The notes under the pieces: generated by a model
The model's database searches: none
What the model was told of the DNA's origin: nothing
Seen by the model: only the letters and a program-made list of their open reading frames with translations
Shown: positions 14,440 through 30,400 of the stretch, one piece after another
Layout of the letters: every line of letters begins with the position of its first letter
Numbering within the stretch: the first letter of the stretch is position 1
Position numbers and translations under genes: made by a program
Source: Eledone cirrhosa
Lineage: Eukaryota
Reading direction: 5' to 3'
Assembly: GCA_964016885.1 (NCBI GenBank)
Contig: OZ024747.1
Coordinates: forward strand, 24,242,001 to 24,306,000
DNA: 64,000 bases

Positions 14440-14520
14440 TATATATTATATATATAATATATATATATGTATTATATAATATATATATATATATAATATA
14501 ATATATATATATAAAATATA

Positions 14521-14555
<35 letters not shown>

Positions 14556-14636
14556 ATATATATAATATGTATATATGCATTATATATATAATATATAAAA
14601 TATGTATATATGTATAATATATATAATATACATATA

Positions 14637-14682
<46 letters not shown>

Positions 14683-15083
14683 TATATATATAATATATAT
14701 ATATATGTATTATATATATAATATCTATATATATGTATTATATATATAATATATATATATATATATATTATATATAATATATATATATTATATATATATC
14801 ATCATCATCATCATCATCATATATATATATATATCATATATATACATCATCATCATCATATATATATATATATATATTATATATATAAAATATATATATA
14901 TATATATATTATATATAATATATATATATATATTATATATAATATAAATATATATATGGAAAAAATGAAACAAAATTTCATTTCTCACTCATTTACTTAC
15001 AAACAAATCGAACATTATAATAAATGTTCGATAAACCGAATATATATATATAAATATATCTATAAATAAATATATCTATAAAT

Positions 15084-15171
<88 letters not shown>

Positions 15172-15230
15172 TATGTATATATATATATATGTATATATAT
15201 ATAAATATATATATATGTATATATATATAA

Positions 15231-15261
<31 letters not shown>

Positions 15262-15434
15262 AGAGCAAAAATCACGAGCACTCTATCTCAAAATTATTTA
15301 AAAAAACATAAGAAATGCGCAACCGTGTAAAAACTAAAACTGAATACTAACTAATATTTATTACTAATTTATACTTATTCCTTATTAAAATATTTTTCAC
15401 TGCGAAAAATTTGTCAGCATTTACTTTTCCTTTT

Positions 15435-15484
<50 letters not shown>

Positions 15485-15496
15485 ATATATATATAT

Positions 15497-15528
<32 letters not shown>

Positions 15529-15539
15529 ATATATAATAT

Positions 15540-15596
<57 letters not shown>

Positions 15597-16051
15597 AATA
15601 ATATATATGTATTATATATATATTATATATAATATATATATAATATATATATATATATATGTATTATATATATAATATATATAATATATATATATATATA
15701 TTATATATAATATATATATAATATATAATATATATATATATGTATTATATATATAATATATATATATTATATATAATATATATATATTATATATAATATA
15801 TATATATTATATATAATATATATATATTATATATAATATATATATATTATATATAATATATATAATATATATATAATATATATATATATGTATTATATAT
15901 ATAATATATATATAATATATATATATATTATATATAATATATATATATTCTATATATAATATATATATATATATATTATATATATAATATACGGAATTAC
16001 TTCATTAATATATATATATAATATATATATATATATATGTATTATATATAT

Positions 16052-16097
<46 letters not shown>

Positions 16098-16992
16098 ATA
16101 TATATAATATATATAATATATATATATATATGTATTATATATATAATATATATAATATATATATATATTATAAATATAATATATATAATATATATATATA
16201 TATGTATTATATATATAATATATATAATATATATATATATGTATTATATATTATATATATAATATATATATATAATATATATATATAATATATATATATA
16301 TGTATTATATATAACATATATATATATATATTATATATAATATATATATATTATATATAATATATATATATATATATATATTATATATAATATATATATA
16401 TTATATATAATATATATATATTATACATAATATATATATATTATATATAATATATATATATATATTAAATATAATATATATATATTATATATAATATATA
16501 TATATATATAACATATATATATATTTATTATATATAATATATATATATTATATATAATATATATATTATATATATAATATATATATATATATATTATATA
16601 TAATATATATATATATATATTATATATAATATATATATATTATATATAATATATATATATATATATTATATATAATATATATATATTATATATAATATAT
16701 ATATATTATATATAATATATATATATTATATATAATATATATATATTATATATAATATATATATATTATATATAATATATATATATTATATATAATATAT
16801 ATATATATATTAAATATAATATATATATATTATATATAATATATATATATATATATTAAATATAATATATATATATATTAAATATAATATATATATATAT
16901 ATTATATATAATATATATATATATTAAATATAATATATATATTAAATATAATATATATATATATATTATATATAATATATTATATATAATAT

Positions 16993-17074
<82 letters not shown>

Positions 17075-17086
17075 ATATATTATATA

Positions 17087-17135
<49 letters not shown>

Positions 17136-17653
17136 ATATATATTATATATAATATATATATATTATACATATATTATATATATATATATATTATATATAA
17201 TATATATATATTATATATAATATACATGTATTATATATAATATATATATATTATATATAATATATATATATATTATATATAATATATATATATATATTAT
17301 ATATAATATATATATATATATATATAATATATATATGTTATATATAATATATATATATATTATATATAATATATATATATGTTATATATAATATATATAT
17401 ATATTATATATATATATTATATATAATATATAATTATATTATATATAATATATATATATATTATATATATATATTATATATATATTATATATAATATATA
17501 TATATCATATAATATATATATATTATATATAATATATATATATATTATATATAATATATATGTATATATATTATATATAATATATATATATATATTATAT
17601 ATATAATATATATATATATATATTATATATATAATATATATATATTATATATA

Positions 17654-17697
<44 letters not shown>

Positions 17698-17710
17698 TAT
17701 ATTATATATA

Positions 17711-17748
<38 letters not shown>

Positions 17749-17946
17749 TATATATATAATATATATATATATATATAATATATATATATATATAATATAT
17801 ATATATATAAAATATATAATATATATATATAATATATATATATATATAATATATATATATATAATATATATATATAATATATATATATAATATATATAAA
17901 TATAATATATATAATATATATATTTATATATAAATATAATATATAT

Positions 17947-17978
<32 letters not shown>

Positions 17979-18085
17979 ATATATATAATATATATATATA
18001 TAATATATATATATGATATATATATATAAATAATATATATATATATATATGTAATATATATTATATATATATATATATAATATAT

Positions 18086-18121
<36 letters not shown>

Positions 18122-18241
18122 ATATATATATATATAATATATATATATATAATATATATATATATATAATATATATAAATGAAGTAATTCCGTCGGAAAA
18201 GTCCAGGAAAAAAGAGTGCTCTATGTAGGTAACAGAGCTTA

Positions 18242-18457
18242 ATAGTTATGTAATAAACAACATAAGGCAATTATTCCATTTACCAGTGGTTTCTTAAAAG
18301 CAACAGATTTGGCTTTCAATCCTCAGAATGAAAAAATCCAAATTCAATAAACAGACCAGGATTTTTTTCATTCTGAAGATTGAAAGCAACATTTTTTGCT
18401 TTTAAGAAACCACTGGTAAATGGAATAATTGCCTTATGTTGTTTATTACATAACTAT
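18242..18457. repeat. Palindrome, arms ~97 bp, embedded in a (TA)n tract
   Basis: atagttatgtaataaacaacataaggc... versus ...gccttatgttgtttattacataactat. Confidence 0.9.
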
Positions 18458-18473
18458 AATATATATATAATAT

Positions 18474-18529
<56 letters not shown>

Positions 18530-18716
18530 CTATATATATAATATATATATATAATATATATATTTATAATATTTATATATATAATATATCTATATATATA
18601 ATATATAATATATATATATATATAATATATATATTTATAATATTTATATTTATAATATATATATATATAATATTTATATTTATAATATATATATAATATA
18701 TATATATATAATATAT

Positions 18717-18763
<47 letters not shown>

Positions 18764-18777
18764 TATAATATATATAT

Positions 18778-18810
<33 letters not shown>

Positions 18811-18920
18811 ATATATATATATATATATAATATATATATATAATATATATATATATATATAATATATATATATATATATAATATATATATATATATATAA
18901 TATATATATATATATATAAT

Positions 18921-18954
<34 letters not shown>

Positions 18955-19010
18955 ATATATATATATATAATATATATATATAATATATACATATATAATA
19001 TATATAAATA

Positions 19011-19046
<36 letters not shown>

Positions 19047-19197
19047 TATATATATACATATATATATATATACACATATATATATATGTATATACATATA
19101 ATATATGTATATATATATATATATGTATATAATATATATATAATGTATATATATATGTATATATGTATATAATATATATATATGTATATATGTATAT

Positions 19198-19251
<54 letters not shown>

Positions 19252-19307
19252 CTGTATATATATATTATATATATATAATATATATATAATATATATATAT
19301 ATATAAT

Positions 19308-19339
<32 letters not shown>

Positions 19340-19526
19340 CATTATATATATATATGTATATATATATTATATACATATATATATATATATATACATTATA
19401 TATATATATATATTATATACATATATATATATACATATATTATATGTATATACATATATATATATATATCTATATATATGTATATATATAAATATATATA
19501 TATGTATATATATATGTGTATATATG

Positions 19527-19557
<31 letters not shown>

Positions 19558-20030
19558 GTATCTATATATATATATGTATATATATATATAACTATATATA
19601 TATATATATAAATATATATATATATGTAGATAAATCTACCAAAATATACGGTAGTGTCCAATTTCTATGAAGAACTCAATGGAATCCAAATATCATGAAA
19701 AGAGAAGATGCATTCAAAAATTTTGGATGAAAATCATAGGAAAACAGAGTCAAGATAAATTAATAAAAACAATGAATAAAAACAAAGAACAAGTTCCTTA
19801 TATTAAAAAATTCATCATTTTACGATCCTTTCTAGGATATTTATGTGTGTTGGTATGTATATCATATAGATCTATGTAAAAATATTACCAACTATCAGAG
19901 GAAATATACATACCTTAACATATATATGTTGTCTTCAGAAATGATGTTTATATATATGTATATATATATTTATATATAAATATATATATATATATATATA
20001 AATATATATATATATGTATATATGTATATG

Positions 20031-20075
<45 letters not shown>

Positions 20076-20096
20076 GTATGTGTATGTATATATATG

Positions 20097-20128
<32 letters not shown>

Positions 20129-20175
20129 AATATATATATTTATATATATATGTATGTGTATATATATGTATATGT

Positions 20176-20258
<83 letters not shown>

Positions 20259-20457
20259 AATATATATATATATTTATGTATATATATATATATAAATATA
20301 TATATATATTTATGTATATATATATATATATAAATATATATATATATTTATGTATATATATATATAAATATATATATGTATATATATACAAATATATATA
20401 TATAGATGTATATATATATATATATGTATATATATATGTATATATATATATATATGG

Positions 20458-20556
20458 ATATGAAAAACGTAAAATAACAAAATTATAGTAATTAGTTGAC
20501 TTATTTTAAGTAAGTAAGCTTATTACTATAATTTTCTTATTTTACGTTTTTCATAT
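20458..20556. repeat. Short imperfect palindrome (~35-bp arms) adjoining (TA)n
   Basis: atatgaaaaacgtaaaataacaaaattatagtaat / attactataattttcttattttacgtttttcatat. Confidence 0.8.
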
Positions 20557-20739
20557 AAGTGTTCTGCATCCCCTTGCATTGAACCACAAAGTTACTAAGA
20601 CAAAACCTATATATTTGCTTGCATATATATACATCTGTATATATATGTTGGCAGATATACTAATTCTTTATATATATGTATATATATATATATATATACA
20701 AATATATATATATATGTATGTATATATATACAAATATAT

Positions 20740-20809
<70 letters not shown>

Positions 20810-20911
20810 ATATATATATACATATATATATAATATAATAATATATATATACATATATATATAATATATATGTATATATATATATAATATATATATATAT
20901 ATAATATAATA

Positions 20912-20950
<39 letters not shown>

Positions 20951-20993
20951 TATATATATATAATATATATATATATATAATATAATATATATG

Positions 20994-21024
<31 letters not shown>

Positions 21025-21052
21025 TATATATAACATATATATAATATATATT

Positions 21053-21083
<31 letters not shown>

Positions 21084-21372
21084 ATATATAATACATATGT
21101 ATATATATATATATAATATATATGTATATATATAATATATATGTATCTATATAATATATATGTATATATATATATATATATATTATAGCAAAAATCACGA
21201 GCACTCTCTCTCCAAATTATTTTTGAAAAGCATAAGATATGTGCAACTGGTAAAAACTTAAAACTAAAACTGAATACTAACTAATACTTATTACTAATTT
21301 ATACTTATTCCTTATTAAACTATTTTTCACTGTGAAAAATTTGTCAGCATTTACTTTTCCTTTTTACTAATT

Positions 21373-21435
<63 letters not shown>

Positions 21436-21556
21436 CTATATATATATAATATATATGTATATATATATATATATATATATTTATCCTTATCGAGCCCTCT
21501 TTGTATTTTAGTCTTCAAATTTATTATTATTACTATATATATATATAATATATATG

Positions 21557-21776
<220 letters not shown>

Positions 21777-21812
21777 TATATATAATATATATAACATATA
21801 TATGTATACATA

Positions 21813-21863
<51 letters not shown>

Positions 21864-21892
21864 ATATATGTATATATGATATATATGTATAT

Positions 21893-22303
21893 ATAACCTT
21901 GATAGGTTTCAGCCAGTATTGGCCCAGGCCATGTTTCACCTAATAGTACTACCTAGCGAAGTCTTACAAATCAGTGTTTGGGCACCATGCCCCACTCGAG
22001 CAGAGAGTTATTGTTTATGGAGGCATATCCGGGTGTAGGAGGCTTATCCGGGATTTCTTGAAGGCATTTGTCCAAAGACTTCTTGAACTTGATGGGGTCT
22101 GTTTCTGTTTTGATGTGTTTTGCTGTAACGTTAAAGAGAGCAGGGCCAATTGAGGTGAAATAATTGTGCCGTATTGTTGATAGGAGATGCGAGTGAGATT
22201 TATGTCTTGGGCGGATAGCACGGGGCCCAAACCTTGGGTGTACATTAAAGGTGATGCCAACATCATTCGGGCGAAGCTGATGGAATATTTTCCACATCAT
22301 GCA

Positions 22304-22306
<3 letters not shown>
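21893..22306 (-). mobile_element. CR1/L2-group LINE extreme 3' fragment inserted in (TA)n
   Basis: 'GPALFN...FKKSLDK.L..IPDKP..PGY....NSLLEW' followed by a short 3' UTR. Confidence 0.75.
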
Positions 22307-22389
<83 letters not shown>

Positions 22390-22574
22390 GTATATATATA
22401 TAATATATATATATAGACATACATATATATGTATTTATGTATGATGTGTTCATGGTTTGAAAACTGAGAAGAACTCAAATCAGTGTAGCATTCAATGCAT
22501 ATTGAGGTGTAGAGTAAGTATAGTTATAAGGTATAGTCCCAATGAAGAGAACCCTCCACTGTGACAGAACCTTA

Positions 22575-22639
<65 letters not shown>

Positions 22640-23055
22640 CCCTCCTTCAGCAACATATCAGTCTCTTTATAATTTTGTCATTATTTCCTTTCTATAAACA
22701 TATTTTCTAACATGGAATACAATTTCTCTATATCTTTTATTTATTTATTGTTTTTATTTTCATAATAATAATAATAATCACTATTATTATTATCATCATC
22801 ATCATCATCGTCATTATATATATATTTTTTAAATAAATGTCTTTTACTTTTTTTTTTATTGTTCATAGAATATGGTGTGTTATATGGCAGTGAGGATGCA
22901 ATTGGGGTTTGTGGTGGGACAGGATTAATGGTTGTGTAAGGGATTTCTTACTAGTGTGAAAATTATCTCTAAGTAATCCAGGCAGTTTACAATAATCTTT
23001 TTTTTACCTCTCTGTAAACATATTTTCACTTAACACTCCACGGACAAACACAAAC

Positions 23056-23090
<35 letters not shown>

Positions 23091-23278
23091 TAATAATTAG
23101 TCCAGCCCCCTTTTTTGGAACACTTCAAAGGGCATGCTTACTGGGAACAGCAAGAACCCTCCAATACGTCCTGAATATCTGAGGCTGCAGGTAGCAGCTT
23201 GATGTTCATTTGAACAAACATTCCAGTTAAATAACATCAATGACTGAGACTCAAAGAACAATAATAATAATAATAATA

Positions 23279-23318
<40 letters not shown>

Positions 23319-23344
23319 TAATAATAAAAATAATAAATAATAAT

Positions 23345-24062
23345 TGTTTCTAAGATTGGCATAAAGCCAGCAATTTGGAGAAAGGAGAAGTCGATTATAT
23401 TGCCCCCCCCCCCTCCCAGTATTTGACTGGTACTTTATTTTATTGACTGGCCTCAGAAGGATGAAAGGCAAAGTTGATCGTGGTGTGGGATTATGGTTTC
23501 TAATTTAGGCACCAGGTCAGGAACTTTTTCCAGGGCGCAGGGAGTCGATTATATCGACCCCGATACTCTAATAGTACTTTATTGGGGACACCCCAGAAGG
23601 ATGGAAGGGAAAGTTGACTCTGGTGGAATTTGAACTCAGAATGAGAAGTGAGGAGCAGAAAGAAATACTAGACAGCATGCCATCTGATGTTCTAACGATT
23701 CTACTACAATTTGTAGGGAGGTGAAAGTCAATTAAATTGCCCTCAGTACTTGATTCGAACATTATGATAAAAATAAAATTAAAATAATCACAATAATAAT
23801 AATACTAATAATAATAATAACCATCATCATCATCATCATTCCTTTTTGTTGGCCCTCGTAGCAAATAAAAAGAAATAATAATAATTGTTTCTACTATTGG
23901 CACAAGGCCAGCAATTACCCCAGTGCATTACTGGTACTTTATTTTATCGACCTTGTAAGGATGAAAGGCAAAGCTAACCTCGGCGGGATTTGAACTCAGA
24001 ACGTAAAGGGCCGTAACACCGTGCCACAAAGCATGGTGTCTGACGCTTTACCGATACTGCCA
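23345..24062 (-). mobile_element. Cluster of the same SINE downstream of the PDE8 stop codon (possibly within the 3' UTR)
   Basis: Copies at ~23345, ~23494 and ~23885 share the core and B box. Confidence 0.82.
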
Positions 24063-24724
24063 ATAGGTTTTGTTTCATATTCATTTTCAATGATTTTGTT
24101 TTCTTTTCTTTAATATAATTTTTGGTATAGACTTTCCTCTTCAAACAGCAGTTTTCATTATGTACAATGTCTTTAGATTGGTGATTGTGGATGTTGATGT
24201 TATTATTATGATGATAGTAAACCCCCACTGTCCCTGTCTTTATGTACTGTCCCCTATATGTAGGCCCTAGAGGCCAATAAAGAAATTATTATTGTGGGTG
24301 TTGTGACGATTGTGCTGGTTGTTGTGATTGTTGTTGTTGTTTATTGGAATTATAGTTCTTTTCTTATGGTGGTAGTTATTGCTGTTGTTCTTCCAAACTG
24401 ATCTTTTCTTTTGGTTGGGTGATTGTTATTGTTATTATTGTTGTTGTGGTTGTTATTGTGATTATTATTGTTGTGGCTGTTGTGGTTATTGTTGTTGTGG
24501 TTGTTATTGTTATTATTATTGTGGTTATTGTTGCTGTTCTTCTTCTTCCAAATGGTTGTTTCCTTTTGTGAATGAAAGGAAGGAGGAGGGGAGATTTAAA
24601 AAAAAAATCACGAAATGGGAGTGGGTAGCGAAGTCTGGAAGCTGTCTAAAAAAATAGAACATTATTTGTATTTTAATATCATAACATTATTATTTGGGAT
24701 TTTTATCACTATTATTATTATTAC

Positions 24725-24770
<46 letters not shown>

Positions 24771-25057
24771 ATTTTTTTTTGTTTGTTTAATTTTCTTTGT
24801 GAGCTTAGGGGCAACATTGGTTGACTTCTGTTAAAAAGTTTTTTTTTTTCATTTATTCATATTGTTCTTATTATTGTATTGAAGTTGGAGTCATCAGAGG
24901 TCATTGGTGGTCATTAAAGGTCATCAGAGGTAAATAGATATCATCAGTGGTCAATAGAAGTCAATAAAAGGCCACAATAAACCTCTCCTCACCACCACTG
25001 CCATCCAACACCACCAAGCCTTGTAAACATAATTATTTAGTCGGCTACAATAATTTC

Positions 25058-25230
25058 CTAGCTGTCTCCATTGTCTTCACAGTTGGTCTGTGTGTCACCT
25101 CCACCTTCTTCACTTTGTGGAATCTCTTCTGCGATTCCTGGCAGCTCTGTCGATTCTTGGGCATCTTCCTTCTTCCAATATTGGTAATTACTCTTGAGGA
25201 ACTCCAGCAGCTCAGGAATATCACAGATTT
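25058..25230 (-). CDS. PDE8: PDE8 terminal coding exon (EICDIPELLEFLKSNYQYWKK...EDNGDS*), acidic C-terminal tail
   Basis: Lies inside ORF 25058..25255. 'D.P.L...L..NY.YWK' closes the PDE catalytic domain. Acceptor tttgttgcAG, phase 1 matches the previous exon (G|AA = Glu), TAG stop at 25058-25060. Confidence 0.92.
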
Positions 25231-25651
25231 CTGCAACAAATATCATAGATATCAATTAGTTAAATATATGTGTGAGTGTATGTGTATATATGTATGTGTA
25301 TGTATCCTATATTCTGCAGTTAGGCCAAGATCGAGCCATTGTATTTCAGACAAAGATCAATTGCTCTATGGCTATATGGGAAATAGTAGAATCAGCTAAC
25401 AAGAGATTGATTATAGTGGCCATACAAGTAATTGGGTAGTAGACTTAATCTGTCACTCAGTTTAACAACACCAGCTAGATCATGGCAGCCTTTAGTGGCA
25501 TCCTTTCATATAAACAAGGATTGGGAATCTGCAACTCTCTAACCTATCTCAAGTGGCTCCTAGATCCTCTGAATTTTATATTTTATTCTATTACATCTGC
25601 ACGATTTCTGACCCAGACATTGAAGCAATTTTAGATAAGTTCAAAGCCCCA

Positions 25652-25878
25652 TTAATCCTTTAGCATTTACATTACTCTATATATACTATTACATTTTCAC
25701 AGTAAAGGCTTTACCTCACATAAGTGTCTCACACACCGTATCTATGAGATTTTGATATTATTTATTTTGAGAATGATACCTTAACATCAGTATGAGTGGC
25801 TGGTTACAGCCTGTTTGAACAGAAAGAGGTTAGGGAATTCTGGCCAGATACAGCTGGTTTAAATAAGGAAAATGTTAG
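25652..25878. mobile_element. Diverged copy of the piggyBac-type MITE (last PDE8 intron)
   Basis: Similar throughout to 59815-60041, with a decayed right TIR. Confidence 0.75.
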
Positions 25879-26437
25879 CTAAGGTCATGCTCTCATATGT
25901 ATTTTTGTTTATAATAAATTATACGGCTCCAGTATTCTCACTTATTATTCTTTTACTAAAAAATTGCTCTTTTTATTACAGTGATGAACCATTTACCACA
26001 GTCATGTACCACATGTGTTGTAGTAGTAGCAGTAGTAATGATATACTACATGTGAGGTAGTAGTACAGTGATGTAGCATATTGTGCAGTGGTATACACCA
26101 TGTTATGAAGTCATGTACTAGAGTCATGTACCATATTTAATGTAGTAGTATTATGATGAACCACCATATGATGTACTGCCATGTAGTATTGTGATGTATC
26201 ACATGGTTCATATATTATATGATTATCATCATCATCACTGTTTAACATCTATTTTCCATGCTTGCATAGCTTAGACAGGTTGCCACATTCTGAGGCTAGA
26301 CAGTTCAGGTGAGTATGTCTGTTCACATGTTCTGTTTTGGGCTTGGTTTCTATGGATGGATACTCTTCCTAACACCAACCTTATATGGTGGCACCAGCAC
26401 TCCAACCATAAAAGGTAGACAGGGTGCTTTTTGTCAT

Positions 26438-26471
<34 letters not shown>

Positions 26472-26538
26472 AATAATATATATATATATATCATCATCAT
26501 CATCATCATCATTTTACGTCCGCTTTTCCCTGCTTGCA

Positions 26539-26579
<41 letters not shown>

Positions 26580-26886
26580 AATAGTATATATATATATAAA
26601 ATAGAAATTTAGATTGATATACAATAATTTCAATCTCGTTGTACCATAACAGCTCAATGAGGTTAGGGGTGAAAAAAACATTAATCGGAACATACTCTAA
26701 CCGATATTGTTAAGGAAAGAACAATATTTAATATCTTGTAACATAGAATTAGGCAGAAAAAAATAGAGAAAGTAAGCAATCAAACATTTGATAGATAAAT
26801 GTAATCTTACTTACATTACATTGTTTAAATTTCCCATCAACTATACCTATATCCAATAAGATATGATTATTTGAATGTTAACTTAC

Positions 26887-27016
26887 CTGACCACGATTCA
26901 AACATGCCTTGAACAAAGTACTCAATAAAACTACATTGAGATCTTGGAATGCTGCACGTGTTACGAGAGAAGATTGGCATGACGATGGGCAGGTGCTTGG
27001 CGATTTCTTCATCAGT
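26887..27016 (-). CDS. PDE8: PDE8 catalytic-domain exon (130 nt; [43 protein letters not shown])
   Basis: Resembles the PDE8 segment 'TDEEK..[26 protein letters not shown]', including the invariant substrate-binding Gln and clamp Phe. Acceptor ttattccAG, donor GTAAGT, phase 0/1. Confidence 0.96.
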
Positions 27017-27049
27017 CTGGAATAAATAGTTGAAAGAGATAAATATTAT

Positions 27050-27085
<36 letters not shown>

Positions 27086-27092
27086 TGAGAGA

Positions 27093-27169
<77 letters not shown>

Positions 27170-27181
27170 GTGAGATCAAAC

Positions 27182-27358
27182 CTGGTCAAAATATTCTTCA
27201 GCAATTCGTTTTGCCCAAATGATGCAAAGGTCCAGAGTTCGGCAGGGATTTGAGATATCAGCACACTTAATAAGCATCCTTTTAATTAGAATTCTGCTCT
27301 CATCTGTTGAGAGGTGAGCTACAATATCACTCATGCTGTCCATACTGCTTTGGTCACT
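27182..27358 (-). CDS. PDE8: PDE8 catalytic-domain exon (177 nt; [59 protein letters not shown])
   Basis: '[15 protein letters not shown]' contains the metal-binding Asp, and 'W..RIAEEYFxQ' is PDE8-like. Acceptor ttgttttAG, donor GTTTGA, phase 0/0. Confidence 0.96.
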
Positions 27359-27404
27359 CTAAAACAATAGAAGCAATTAGGGTAAGCATTTCACTATTTC
27401 TTAC

Positions 27405-30400
27405 CATGTAACAGAGTTTTGTCTATAACAACATATAATATACAGTGTCTTGTCTATAACAACATATAATATACAGTGTCTTGTCTATAACAGTATATAA
27501 TATACAGTGTCTTGTCTATAACAACATATAATATACAGTGTCTTGTCTATATAACATATAATATACAGTGTCTTGTCTATAACAGTGTATAATATACAGT
27601 GTCTTGTCTATAACAACATATAATATACAGTGTCTTGTCTATAACAGTATATAATATACAGTGTCTTGTCTATAACAACATATAATATACAGTGTCTTGT
27701 CTATAACAGTATATAATATACAGTGTCTTGTCTATAACAGTATATAATATACAGTGTCTTGTCTATATAACATATAATATACAGTGTCTTCTCTAAAACA
27801 GTGTATAATATACAGTTTCTTGTCTATATAACATATAATATACAGTGTCTTGTCTATATAACATATAATATACAGTGTCTTGTCTATAACAGTGTATAAT
27901 ATACAGTGTCTTGTCTATAACAGTATATAATATACAGTGTCTTGTCTATATAACATATAATATACAGTGTCTTGTCTATATAACATATAATATACAGTGT
28001 CTTGTCTATAACAACATATAATATACAGTGTCTTGTCTATAACAACATATAATATACAGTGTCTTGTCTATATAACATATAATATACAGTGTCTTGTCTA
28101 TAACAGTATATAATGTACAGTGTCTTGTCTATATAACATATAATATACAGTGTCTTGTCTATAACAGTATATAATATACAGTGTCTTGTCTATAACAGTA
28201 TATAATATACAGTGTCTTGTCTATATAACATATAATATACAGTGTCTTGTCTATATAACATATAATATACAGTGTCTTGTCTATAACAACATATAATATA
28301 GAGTGTCTTGTATATAACAGTATATAATATATAGTGTCTTGTCTATAACAGTATATAATATAGAGTGTCTTGTCTATATAACATATAATATACAGTGTCT
28401 TGTCCATAACAGTATATAATATACAGTGTCTTGTCTATATAACATATAATATACAGTGTCTTGTCTATAACAGTATATAATATACAGTGTCTTGTCTATA
28501 TAACATATAATATACAGTGTCTTATCTATAACAACATATAATATACAGTGTCTTGTCTATATAACATATAATATACAGTGTCTTGTCTATATAACATATA
28601 TTATACAGTGTCTTGTCTATAACAGTATATAATATACAGTGTCTTGTCTATATAACATATAATATACAGTGTCTTGTCTATAACAACATATAATATACAG
28701 TGTCTTGTCTATATAACATATAATATACAGTGTCTTGTCTATATAACATATAATATACAGTGTCTTGTCTATATAACATATAATATACAGTGTCTTGTCT
28801 ATATAACATATAATATACAGTGTCTTGTCTATAACAGTATATAATATACAGTGTCTTATCTATATAACATATAATATACAGTGTCTTGTCTATAACAGTA
28901 TATAATATACAGTGTCTTGTCTATATAACAGTATATAATATACAGTGTCTTGTCTATAACAACATATAATATACAGTGTCTTGTCTATATAACATATAAT
29001 ATACAGTGTCTTGTCTATATAACATATAATATACAGTGTCTTGTCTATAACAGTATATAATATACAGTGTCTTGTCTATATAACAGTATATAATATACAG
29101 TGTCTAGTCTATAAAAATATATAATATACAGTGTCTTGTCTATAACAACATATAATATACAGTGTCTTGTCTATAACAGTATATAATATACATTGTCTTG
29201 TCTATATAACATATAATATACAGTGTCTTGTCTATATAATATATAATATACAGTGTCTTGTCTATAACAGTATATAATATACTCTCTTGTCAATAACAGT
29301 ATATAATATACAGTGTCTTGTCTATATAACATATAATATACAGTGTCTTGTCTATATAACATATAATATACAGTGTCTTGTCTATAACAGTATATAATAT
29401 TGCAGTGTTTTGTCTATATAACATATAATATACAGTGTCTTGTCTATAGCAGTATATAATATACAGTGTCTTGTCTATATAACATATAATATACAGTGTC
29501 TTGTCTATAACAGTATATAATATAGTGTCTTATCTATATAACATATAATATACAGTGTCTTGTCTATATAACATATAATATACAGTGTCTTGTCTATAAC
29601 AACATATAATATACAGTGTCTTGTCTATATAACATATAATATAGAGTGTCTTGTCTATAACAGTATATAATATATAGTGTCTTGTCTATAACAGTATATA
29701 ATATACAGTGTCTTTTCTATAACAGTATATAATATACAGTTTCTTGTCTATATAACATATAATATACAGTGTCTTGTCTATATAACATATAATATACAGT
29801 GTCTTGTCTATAACAGTATATAATATACAGTTTCTTGTCTATAACAACATATAATATACAGTGTCTTGTCTATAACAGTATATAATATACAGTGTCTTGT
29901 CTATAACAGTATATAATATACAGTGTCTTGTCTATAACAGTATATAATATACAGTGTCTTGTCTATATAACATATAATATACAGTGTCTTGTCTATATAA
30001 CATATAATATACAGTGTCTTGTCTATATAACATATATTATACAGTGTCTTGTCTATAACAGTATATAATATACAGTTTCTTGTCTATAACAACATATAAT
30101 ATACAGTGCCTTGTCTATAACAGTATATAATATACAGTGTCTTGTCTATATAACATATAATATACAGTGTCTTGTCTATAACAGTATATAATATAGTGTC
30201 TTATCTATATAACATATAATATACAGTGTCTTGTCTATATAACATATAATATACAGTGTCTTGTCTATAACAGTATATAATATTGCAGTGTTTTGTCTAT
30301 ATAACATATAATATACAGTGTCTTGTCTATAGCAGTATATAATATACAGTGTCTTGTCTATATAACATATAATATACAGTGTCTTGTCTATAACAGTATA

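Noticed and set aside
24379-24657. Cys/Tyr-rich, metallothionein-like ORF
   Set aside because: Translation of (TGT/TAT)n trinucleotide repeats just downstream of the PDE8 stop, on the opposite strand.
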